A DNA stretch of 7,281 nt, from the IMG/VR virus record IMGVR_UViG_2541047844_000002, positions 1 through 7,281 of that record, one strand, 5' to 3'. The DNA is from a virus (taxonomy: Duplodnaviria > Heunggongvirae > Uroviricota > Caudoviricetes). Positions 1-6,701 of this stretch are shown here, in pieces. The translations under genes were made by a program, and so were the position numbers. The notes under the pieces were generated by a model that did not search any database, was not told where the DNA came from, and saw only the letters and a list, made by a program, of their open reading frames with translations. Each line of letters opens with the position of its first letter. Positions within the stretch are counted from its first letter, which is position 1.

Positions 1-14
1 TTGGTTTGGGAGAA
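1..14. other. Partial left recombination site (central dinucleotide plus inner half-site); outer half lies upstream of the window
   Basis: TT-GGTTTGGGAGAA is the exact reverse complement of 1857..1870. Confidence 0.65.
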
Positions 15-353
15 GCGGCTAAAAGGAATGTAGGGACAGGGGCGAATCAGATACCTGATATGGGTAGCTTCACGCTTTCTGTTTCAGGTACTGGATATCA
101 AAAATTACCATCAGGTTTTATTCTTCAGTGGGGCTCAATCGGCGCACCAGGCATTGCACAGGATGTAGTAACCCATTTCCCGATTGCATTTCCAAACAGA
201 TGTCTGCGTGTTTTGGTCTCACAAGACTACACACCAGATAGCGGGGCTGTTGGTTATATTGCCTGTGCAGGTTTTAGTCCCGACCCGGTTAAATTTATAT
301 CCAGAGCCAGTACTCCTGGCCTCGGCGCTTCATTTTTAGCGTTAGGCTGTTAA
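3..353 (+). CDS. Alternative tail-fibre C-terminal variable module (silent orientation, no own N-terminus); would fuse to H residues 1-276 after inversion
   Basis: The open frame runs from the window start in frame with the half-site codons G-L-G-E, matching the GLGE junction in H. The TTG start at 6 in the ORF track is probably an artefact. The fibre-tip-like sequence is followed 21 nt later by a tail-fibre-assembly gene. Confidence 0.7.
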   Translation, partial: GLGEAAKRNVGTGANQIPDMGSFTLSVSGTGYQKLPSGFILQWGSIGAPGIAQDVVTHFPIAFPNRCLRVLVSQDYTPDSGAVGYIACAGFSPDPVKFISRASTPGLGASFLALGC

Positions 354-374
354 TTTAGCTATATGGAGTGAAAA

Positions 375-815
375 ATGAATTACATATATTCCGCGACTAC
401 AAACTCTTTCTATCCGCTGGAGATGAAAGAGGATTACACTCAAGCTGACTCATGGCCAGATGATGCTGTTGAAGTTGATGAGCAAGTGTATATTGAGTTT
501 TCCGGATTACCGCCGAAAGGAAAAATCCGTATCGCTGGAGAAAATGGTTTTCCTGCATGGTCTGAAATTCCACCACCAACACATGAGGAACAAATTGCTG
601 CAGCCGAATTGGAGAAGCAGCAATTGATTAATCAGGCCAACGATTATATGAACAGTAAACAATGGCCTGGTAAAGCGGCTATTGGTCGTCTGAAAGGTGA
701 CGAACTGGCGCAATATAATTTGTGGCTGGATTACCTGGACGCACTGGAACTGGTCGATACTTCCGGTGCGCCAGATATTGAATGGCCTACGCCTCCGGCA
801 GTTCAGGCCAGATGA
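375..815 (+). CDS. Tail fibre assembly protein (chaperone for the alternative fibre tip), P2 G / Mu U family
   Basis: 146 aa. A GGAG-like RBS (ggagtg) precedes the ATG. The C-terminal motif LDYLDALELVDTSGAPDIEWPTPP parallels LDYIDAVTATDTSTAPDVIWPELP in the convergent chaperone. Confidence 0.8.
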   Translation: MNYIYSATTNSFYPLEMKEDYTQADSWPDDAVEVDEQVYIEFSGLPPKGKIRIAGENGFPAWSEIPPPTHEEQIAAAELEKQQLINQANDYMNSKQWPGKAAIGRLKGDELAQYNLWLDYLDALELVDTSGAPDIEWPTPPAVQAR

Positions 816-1389
816 CATCCGGCGCGGTGCTGGTATCTGTTGCCGTCACCGCGTCAATGTAATCCAGCACAGCGTTAAGTCGGGTTGTTTCTGCCTGCGT
901 CAGTTTACGTCCGGCCTGCAATCTCAGTTGAATCAGACTGATGGAAGCCATTGCAGTATCAATCAGCGACTGGCGCTGTGCTTCTGCTGCATCTACTGCG
1001 GCGCTATGCTGTGTCTCGGTATCCGTCACCCATTTCTCACCATCCCATTTATCGTATGGCGTTGATGGGGCGATAGTGGTTGTATTTTCAGGGTAATCAC
1101 CCGGAGCGGTGATTTCTTTTGATTCTCCTGTTTCGGTGCTATAGACCGTTTCACCGCGATGATCTGGCACATATTCCCATGAGTTAAAATCTGCAGAACG
1201 GCAGATTGCATAACCAGCCTTATGTGTGCCAGGGGCATCTAAACAGGAATATGCAGGGATACCGACACCAATGGCAAGATATTCATTTGAAGTAGAAATA
1301 TATTCCCGAGTTTTACCATCATAGTTATAGACGGTAATATTCCCCGCCTTCGTGGCAATAAGCTCGCTATTTAATACGGCGTTATCCAT
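787..1389 (-). CDS. G: Tail fibre assembly protein (chaperone for the currently expressed fibre tip), P2 G-like
   Basis: 200 aa. Its start overlaps the H stop by 1 nt (TAATG). It carries the conserved C-terminal chaperone motif and sits where G sits after H in P2. Confidence 0.85.
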   Translation of the reverse strand: MDNAVLNSELIATKAGNITVYNYDGKTREYISTSNEYLAIGVGIPAYSCLDAPGTHKAGYAICRSADFNSWEYVPDHRGETVYSTETGESKEITAPGDYPENTTTIAPSTPYDKWDGEKWVTDTETQHSAAVDAAEAQRQSLIDTAMASISLIQLRLQAGRKLTQAETTRLNAVLDYIDAVTATDTSTAPDVIWPELPEA

Positions 1390-2696
1390 TATGCAGCCCT
1401 CACGATATAGTTAAATGCAATATTTCGTGGACGGGTTTCACTCCCGCCAGTATTACCGATACTCCCTCGTGAATGAAGTGTCGGTGATGGGATCAGACTC
1501 CCTCCTGTATTTGTGGCATCAAGTCCCCGTCCTTGTGTGTATGTCTTTTTGAAAATCGTAGCCAGTTCCCATTCATCTTTTGTGTCGTAACCATCATTGG
1601 CAACAACAATATGGCGGTGTTTTTCCAGCATCCCTGTCTGAATGCTCAATAAAACACGTCCTGCATCAATACCGCGCCCGTCATCCCAGCCACGAATAAA
1701 CTCACCACGTAAATCAGGCAATTTATTTGTCGGATAAGCCTTTGCCAGTTCCGGGTATTCTTCAGCAGAAAAAGCCGCACCGTTGCATTTCAGCCAGCCT
1801 GTTGGCGGTGTGGCTGAAGGCCATGGAACGGGCACACCAACAGGTAATGCAGAGCCTTCTCCCAAACCAAGGTATGTGAGAAGACCAGCTATATCCTTTC
1901 CACTCAAATGAGTCAGCGTCTCATCCAGTGGCTGCTTACCTGACAGCGCATTGTTAATGGTGGTGCTGAATTTCGGGTCATTGTTAATGGCTGCGGCAAT
2001 TTCTTTCAGTGTATCCAGCGTGGCAGGCGCACCGTTAATCAGAGCGGTAATAGCGGCCTGAACAAACTCAGTGGTCGCAATCCGCGTGGTGTTATTTCCT
2101 GCGGCAGGCGTCGGCGCTTTTGGTTCTCCGGTAAATGTCGGATTATGTTTCTGCGCATACTGGGTATGAGGATCCTGTGCGGCAATGTGGTTTCTCATCT
2201 GGTCATCCACATACAGCCTTAATTCCAGGACTTCATCATCCACGTATTTACGGGTCGCCAGTACCACCGACGGATCGATTTTCAGCGTAATAGCTTCGGT
2301 ATTCGTGACAACCAGAATCATGCGGATAGTCTGGGTACGACCACTGCCTTCCTGCAACTGCGGTTTGTACGTTTCCGGGCAGTTCGCCACCGCAATGAGT
2401 ACGCCTTCATCATCATAAAGCCCAATCTCACGGATCCAGAATCCGCCCTCGTTCTCAGGGATGATTTGCTCCGCAATAATCTGGCTCTGGTTGTTCGGGT
2501 CAACGCTCAGAAGATTCAGCGGCGCGATGCGTTTCTGGTTAATAAGTTTTGTCTGTGCCGGGTCTGGTGTCGGCAAGACACCATTTGCATCACCAACGGC
2601 CATTTGCGTCAGATTCAGCTTACTGCCGAGCATCGTCGCGTTAGCCAGCCGTGCCGCGCCCTGATTAGTCAGAATGGCGTAGTATTTCACTGTCAT
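1389..2696 (-). CDS. H: Tail fibre protein, P2 gpH-like (435 aa in current orientation); constant N-terminal part 1871..2696, variable C-terminal part 1389..1868
   Basis: The N-terminus has the gpH/Mu S-type conserved pattern (MAVGD..G.LP.P, GGFW.RE.GLYDD.G.LIAVAN, YKP...EGSGR.Q). The C-terminal part has a tail-collar-like motif (PTGWLKCNGAAFS..YPELA......LPDLRGEFIRGWDDGRG). Start overlaps the gpI stop (ATGA). Confidence 0.9.
   Translation of the reverse strand: MTVKYYAILTNQGAARLANATMLGSKLNLTQMAVGDANGVLPTPDPAQTKLINQKRIAPLNLLSVDPNNQSQIIAEQIIPENEGGFWIREIGLYDDEGVLIAVANCPETYKPQLQEGSGRTQTIRMILVVTNTEAITLKIDPSVVLATRKYVDDEVLELRLYVDDQMRNHIAAQDPHTQYAQKHNPTFTGEPKAPTPAAGNNTTRIATTEFVQAAITALINGAPATLDTLKEIAAAINNDPKFSTTINNALSGKQPLDETLTHLSGKDIAGLLTYLGLGEGSALPVGVPVPWPSATPPTGWLKCNGAAFSAEEYPELAKAYPTNKLPDLRGEFIRGWDDGRGIDAGRVLLSIQTGMLEKHRHIVVANDGYDTKDEWELATIFKKTYTQGRGLDATNTGGSLIPSPTLHSRGSIGNTGGSETRPRNIAFNYIVRAA
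1857..1882. other. 26-bp site-specific recombination (crossover) site inside tail-fibre gene H, hix/gix/cix-like
   Basis: TTCTCCCAAACC-AA-GGTATGTGAGAA has a 12+2+12 layout and closely resembles hixL as I recall it (TTCTTGAAAACC AA GGTTTTTGATAA). It encodes residues Y-L-G-L-G-E (275-280) of the fibre, at the junction of constant and variable parts. Confidence 0.7.
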
Positions 2697-3304
2697 GCGT
2701 TTACTCTCAGGTTATCAATTAAATGAATGGCCGAGGCCGGGAAATAATCCCCTCCGACAATAATGGCCTCCGGGGTGTAGGGATAAACCGTCAGGGCGTC
2801 GCCGTGATAGCATCCCGCACCAGCAAAAATGTTGCCGGTTGTACTTAAACTGATAGCCAGTCCCGTCAGATGGCGGCTTGCAGGTTTTGCATCAGCAACG
2901 AGACGCTCCAGCTCCTGATACATTTCCTCGGTAATACCCTGCTCAAGCACGCCAACAACGATACGGAACGTCCCCGGCTCCTCGTTGAGTTGCCACCACT
3001 CCCTCACCTCAATCAGATAGCCGAGCGGCTCCACCACGCGCCGGATTGCGCCTATAGTGCCCTTATGGCAGTGAATGAAATACGCATCGCGGATAACAGC
3101 GCGTTTTGTCGCTTCCGGCCATTTATCATCCCAGCGGTCAACCGAAAATGACCACGCCAGCCACGGCAGCAGATTTGCCGGGCAGGTGTCCGGGTTCCAC
3201 AGCTCACGAATACTGACCGGCGTTTTTTCAATTTCCGCACAGGCTTTTGCGGCGGCAACTTCAAGCGGTGATGAGCCGGTCGGCAGCAGTCGCGAATCAC
3301 TCAT
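2693..3304 (-). CDS. I: Baseplate assembly / tail protein I (P2 gpI-like)
   Basis: 203 aa. It lies between J and H as in P2 and is translationally coupled at both ends (8-bp overlap with J, 4-bp with H). Confidence 0.8.
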   Translation of the reverse strand: MSDSRLLPTGSSPLEVAAAKACAEIEKTPVSIRELWNPDTCPANLLPWLAWSFSVDRWDDKWPEATKRAVIRDAYFIHCHKGTIGAIRRVVEPLGYLIEVREWWQLNEEPGTFRIVVGVLEQGITEEMYQELERLVADAKPASRHLTGLAISLSTTGNIFAGAGCYHGDALTVYPYTPEAIIVGGDYFPASAIHLIDNLRVNA

Positions 3305-4205
3305 CCGAGCCTCCGGTCACAACGCGGTATTCGGTACAGAAAGACGCCTGCGTACTGTTGAGCACGATGTCGGCCAGCGGTGCAGCCAGTTCGACACGCT
3401 GCACGCCTTCCACATGCAAAGCGGCATAAATGGCAGACAGACGGATGTCGCGCCCCAGCCGGTGCTGTGCCGTGATGTACGCTTCCAGTTTTTTCACGGC
3501 AGCAGCGCGGATGGGTTCGCTTTCGGGACCAGGGTAAAGGTAAAGCGTGGCGTTTATCTGGTATTCAACGATGGCGGCAGACTGCACGGTCACGCGGTCG
3601 GCCACCGGCCTGACGTCCTCGCCATTAAGGGCGTTACGCACCACCGCCAGCAGGTCTTCGGATGCCACACCGTTATTTTCACGTGACAGCACAGAGATGG
3701 TGACACAGGCAGGAGACGGACTGGTGACAGAGATATCCGCGACACGCCCGTCGGCACTGCGACCATGATACTGATAGGCTCCCACCGACCCGGCGACGCT
3801 TAAACCTTCAAACGCCTGCTGAATACGCAGACGATAATCGGTGTCAGACTCCATCACTGCCGGTGTCGGCGGAATGGTCGAATCATCTGCCGGGGTGATA
3901 ATCAGGCGCGTGGTGTTGTAATTGGCACCAATCACATCAAGGTCATTACCGGCGGCACAGGCCAGCATCACCGCCCGTGCGGCCTCATTCACACGCTGAC
4001 GCCAGATAAGCTCACGATAAGCATTTTCCTCCAGCAGTTTGACGAGAGGCTCAGATTCCAGCGTCAGGGTACGGGCGACCGCCTCCTGCTGGTCTTCCGG
4101 GTAAAGGGAAATCAGTGTCGCCTTGCGTTCGGCAAGAATGGTTTCAAAGTCCAGCTCCTCGACCACATCCGGTGCGGGTAGCTGGTTCAGGTCGATAATC
4201 GGCAT
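3297..4205 (-). CDS. J: Baseplate assembly protein J (P2 gpJ-like)
   Basis: 302 aa, the size I recall for P2 gpJ. It lies between W and I. Confidence 0.85.
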   Translation of the reverse strand: MPIIDLNQLPAPDVVEELDFETILAERKATLISLYPEDQQEAVARTLTLESEPLVKLLEENAYRELIWRQRVNEAARAVMLACAAGNDLDVIGANYNTTRLIITPADDSTIPPTPAVMESDTDYRLRIQQAFEGLSVAGSVGAYQYHGRSADGRVADISVTSPSPACVTISVLSRENNGVASEDLLAVVRNALNGEDVRPVADRVTVQSAAIVEYQINATLYLYPGPESEPIRAAAVKKLEAYITAQHRLGRDIRLSAIYAALHVEGVQRVELAAPLADIVLNSTQASFCTEYRVVTGGSDE

Positions 4206-4209
4206 GGTT

Positions 4210-4557
4210 TCAACTCACAGGGATGGTTAACGAAAGTGGCTGGCCAGTGTCGTTGTGCCGGCCGGTTAACGTAACCGTCATTCGCCCGTCAAAACTGCGC
4301 GCCGTAGTGACGGATGACAGGGTGACGCGGGGTTCCCATTTCAGCACCGCCATGTAACAGGCGACCTTAATCTGCAACTCAAGCGCCGGGGTCTGCGGCT
4401 GGTCAATCATTGACGCCAGCAACGAGCCGTAATCACGACGCATCACCCGCGAGCCGACCGGTGTGCGCAGGATATCGCCGATACTCTGGCTGATATGCTC
4501 AAGGTCAGTGACAGTCAGGCCATCACTGCGATTCATTCCGAGATAACGCGCAGTCAT
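4210..4557 (-). CDS. W: Baseplate wedge protein W (GPW/gp25 family)
   Basis: 115 aa, the size of P2 gpW, in the conserved position between V and J. Its start overlaps the V stop (ATGA). Confidence 0.85.
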   Translation of the reverse strand: MTARYLGMNRSDGLTVTDLEHISQSIGDILRTPVGSRVMRRDYGSLLASMIDQPQTPALELQIKVACYMAVLKWEPRVTLSSVTTARSFDGRMTVTLTGRHNDTGQPLSLTIPVS

Positions 4558-5189
4558 AGAGGTCCCCCTGTTGTGCCGCCACTGTCGCCGGGGTGTTTAT
4601 GGGTATGAAGTACCTTCCCGTTTGATGAGAGTTCACCGCCGGTGTGTTCAATGTTGCCGCGCATCGTCCCGCCCTTCTGCACTTCCAGCGTGCCGGTAAT
4701 CAGCCTGTTGGTGCAGACCACCTCCGGTGCGTCCAGGGTGACGCGGGTTGATGCTTTCACCATGACCACCGGCACCGTGGCGGTAACAGAATCAGAAGCC
4801 GTCACGCTGGCCGTTTTAATTCCGCTTACCGTGAGTGCACTGGTTTCAGGTTCATACTCAATCACCGCCCCGTCAGGGAAACGGATATGCAGGGCATCCG
4901 CCGACGCCGACGGCGCGGGGTTATCGCCGGAATAAATCCCCGGCAGAACGAACGCCGTGTCGAGTTCACCGCCCACGGCCAGAATCAGCACCTGCTCCCC
5001 CACGGAAGGTGCCCACCATGTGCGCGAACGTCCGGCGCGATGGGTCAGCCACTGAAGCCAGTCGGTGCACATGCCGCCGGTCTGCACACGGCAGCGACCG
5101 GCGTTAAGGTCGGTTTCGACGATAATGCCGGTGCGGATCATGTTGCGCAGTGCGCGCGCGAGTTCCTGAATATTTGCGAGAGTGTTCAT
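4554..5189 (-). CDS. V: Baseplate spike / assembly protein V (P2 gpV-like)
   Basis: 211 aa, the size of P2 gpV, and the first gene of the V-W-J-I-H-G block. The Gly-rich C-terminus (HPGDSGGTTGGP) is typical of spike-apex proteins. Confidence 0.85.
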   Translation of the reverse strand: MNTLANIQELARALRNMIRTGIIVETDLNAGRCRVQTGGMCTDWLQWLTHRAGRSRTWWAPSVGEQVLILAVGGELDTAFVLPGIYSGDNPAPSASADALHIRFPDGAVIEYEPETSALTVSGIKTASVTASDSVTATVPVVMVKASTRVTLDAPEVVCTNRLITGTLEVQKGGTMRGNIEHTGGELSSNGKVLHTHKHPGDSGGTTGGPL

Positions 5190-5200
5190 AACGGGAAGGA

Positions 5201-5224
5201 TGCCGCCGGGTCATACCGGCGGCA
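5201..5224 (-). terminator. GC-rich hairpin between S and V (possible terminator of the upstream late operon or structure over the V translation start)
   Basis: Perfect 9-bp inverted repeat TGCCGCCGG-gtcata-CCGGCGGCA. It lies 32 nt after the S stop and 12 nt before the V ATG. No clean U-tract follows on the sense strand. Confidence 0.3.
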
Positions 5225-5255
5225 ATGTGACGATGAGGTGTCGGGAATGGCACAA

Positions 5256-5708
5256 CTAACGCTCAAGGTGAGCCAGGATAATCTCTTCAATCATCTGCAC
5301 ATCCTCACCGGTAAAGCCGAGCAGAGGACGCGCCGGATAATCAATTTTCTTACCGTCTTTCCGGTTTTCTTCCGACAGACCGAACTGATGCACGCTGGCG
5401 ATTTTCGGTGACTTTCCGCCGTAAAACTCCATTGATGCCTGTTCCGGGCTGGCGCGGATATGCAAAAAACGACTGGTGATAAGTTTCGCAAACATTTTTC
5501 GCTTAACGCGACCGGTCTTTTTTCTGGCGCTCTGCTGCTGGCGTGGCGCATAGGGTGTGCCATCCGGGGCTTTCTGTGCCATCACCCGGCGCTGCTGACT
5601 CTGCCGCAGACGTTTCGCCAGTTCTGCACTCAGTCGCCGACGCCCTGACGGTGACAGCGATTCAATCAGTCCGGCCAGCCGGTCTTCAAAACGCTTAAAC
5701 TCATTCAT
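5256..5708 (-). CDS. S: Tail completion / virion morphogenesis protein S (P2 gpS-like)
   Basis: 150 aa, the size of P2 gpS. It follows R with an 8-bp overlap and precedes V. Confidence 0.8.
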   Translation of the reverse strand: MNEFKRFEDRLAGLIESLSPSGRRRLSAELAKRLRQSQQRRVMAQKAPDGTPYAPRQQQSARKKTGRVKRKMFAKLITSRFLHIRASPEQASMEFYGGKSPKIASVHQFGLSEENRKDGKKIDYPARPLLGFTGEDVQMIEEIILAHLER

Positions 5709-6168
5709 CCCACTTGCTCACCAGTTCGCCATTGATATAAAGCTCCATCGGGCGGGTGACCGGCTCCGGCGGCGGGGGTTCCGGGATATTCTTCACATGC
5801 AGCGCGCCGTCCACCTCACTGACCAGCGTGCGCTCGGTCAGCATCAGGCTGATACTGATATCAAAGCTGCTGTCATTGTTGATGTCTGCATAAAACGTGA
5901 AGCCCTTTTTCTGGCCTGCGTCGGTGGTCATGATGTCGGGCTGATTTTCCCGCAGCCACGCCAGCACCGGCACGATGAGCAGGTCAAAATCACCAGTAAA
6001 GTCGGTCACAATGACATTGAGCGTGTAACGCTTTTCGAATGACAACGACGTCGCCAGTGTGGAGGCAATACTCCCGTTATCCACGAATATCCGCAGCATC
6101 TCGGGACTGGTTTTCAGCACCGTGACGGCATCAGTCAGCGCCCTGCGCAGGCTGTCGGGTTTGAGCAT
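5701..6168 (-). CDS. R: Tail completion protein R (P2 gpR-like)
   Basis: 155 aa, the size of P2 gpR. It starts with MLKPDSLRRALTDAV and contains FVDNGSI and LAWLRENQPDIMTTD motifs, which I recognise as gpR-like. It lies between the lysis genes and S. Confidence 0.85.
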   Translation of the reverse strand: MLKPDSLRRALTDAVTVLKTSPEMLRIFVDNGSIASTLATSLSFEKRYTLNVIVTDFTGDFDLLIVPVLAWLRENQPDIMTTDAGQKKGFTFYADINNDSSFDISISLMLTERTLVSEVDGALHVKNIPEPPPPEPVTRPMELYINGELVSKWDE

Positions 6169-6421
6169 CGTTTTCGTCCTGACAGTGTTTAATCATTTTT
6201 ACCTGGCTGGCACAGCGTGCCAGCGCGTTCTCAAGCTGCCGGATATCGGCACTTAAATCACCGTTCGTCTGCGGGTCACTGCCCGGCATCGGGCAAAGGC
6301 TCACTTTCGGGCAGGCGTTGTGGACAATCACTGGCGTCGGTGCAGGCCGGGCGCTGGTGCAACCGGCGCACAGCATCAGGCAGGCCAGCGCCGTACCAGC
6401 GGCGAAAATCTTCGTTTTCAT
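6131..6421 (-). CDS. lysC: Outer-membrane spanin lipoprotein LysC (Rz1-like)
   Basis: 96 aa. It has a signal peptide with a lipobox-like Cys (LACLMLCAGC), then a Pro-rich mature part. It starts inside lysB in another frame and extends into R, the nested P2 lysB/lysC arrangement. Confidence 0.75.
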   Translation of the reverse strand: MKTKIFAAGTALACLMLCAGCTSARPAPTPVIVHNACPKVSLCPMPGSDPQTNGDLSADIRQLENALARCASQVKMIKHCQDENDAQTRQPAQGAD

Positions 6422-6701
6422 TCAGTAACCTCGTGATGGTTTTCTCGCGCTGTGCTTCACGCTTCGCGGCGTTCTCCAGCTCCTGACGCAGTGCCACCTG
6501 CGCCAGCTCGTTTTTGTCTGCTCTGGTGAGGGCAACATGAAGCTGATTTTTCAGCATGGTGATGGTCGTCTGCTGCCCGTTGGCGACGTTGTTCGCCCTG
6601 TCCAGCGAGGCGCGCAGGCTGGCGTTTTCATGCTTCGCCAGAAACAGCCCCGCCACCGCCAGCGATAACAACACGACCAGCACAATCATCAGCTTTGACA
6701 T
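6276..6701 (-). CDS. lysB: Inner-membrane spanin LysB (Rz-like)
   Basis: 141 aa with an N-terminal transmembrane helix (MSKLMIVLVVLLSLAVAGLFLA) and a charged helical periplasmic region. It follows lysA with a 13-bp overlap. Confidence 0.8.
   Translation of the reverse strand: MSKLMIVLVVLLSLAVAGLFLAKHENASLRASLDRANNVANGQQTTITMLKNQLHVALTRADKNELAQVALRQELENAAKREAQREKTITRLLNENEDFRRWYGAGLPDAVRRLHQRPACTDASDCPQRLPESEPLPDAGQ

Larger units (their letters stand above)
1..1870. mobile_element. Invertible DNA segment (Din-family, Hin/Gin/Cin/Pin-type) carrying alternative tail-fibre tips and chaperones; left boundary truncated at window edge
   Basis: Inner half-sites are perfect inverted repeats: 3..14 GGTTTGGGAGAA and 1857..1868 TTCTCCCAAACC, with central dinucleotides TT (1..2) and AA (1869..1870). 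Between them lie two convergent fibre-tip plus chaperone modules. The H reading frame stays open across either junction. Confidence 0.75.

Noticed and set aside
397-582. 61-aa minus-strand ORF inside the alternative chaperone gene
   Set aside because: Antisense to a supported gene, no support.
787-830. Possible bidirectional terminator hairpin at the convergent ends of the chaperone genes
   Set aside because: The near-palindrome around 806..825 is imperfect (mismatches in the stem) and has no flanking T/A tracts.
507-1238. Small ORFs (103 aa and 70 aa on minus, 122 aa on plus) inside the chaperone genes
   Set aside because: Each is antisense or out of frame to a supported chaperone gene and has a Cys/Trp/Arg-rich spurious-looking translation.
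2185-2726. Small ORFs (61-86 aa) within and antisense to H
   Set aside because: Embedded in the conserved N-terminal region of the tail-fibre gene, with no start context or plausible product.
3075-3686. 203-aa plus-strand ORF antisense to gpI and gpJ
   Set aside because: It is entirely antisense to two well-supported, translationally coupled baseplate genes. Its Ser/Arg/Ala-rich composition is typical of an antisense frame in GC-rich coding DNA.
4642-5107. 97-aa and 90-aa plus-strand ORFs inside gpV
   Set aside because: Antisense to gpV, low-complexity translations, no independent support.
5226-5254. Candidate Ogr/Delta-type late promoter element upstream of V
   Set aside because: Only TGT-N10-ACA (5239..5254) and TGT-N23-ACA were found, not the TGT-N12-ACA spacing I recall for P2 late promoters. 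I cannot place a promoter confidently without comparison to related phages.
4887-5411. 174-aa plus-strand ORF antisense to V and S
   Set aside because: It spans the V start, the intergenic hairpin and the S 3' end on the opposite strand. It begins with an RRRRRR run and has no RBS or synteny support.
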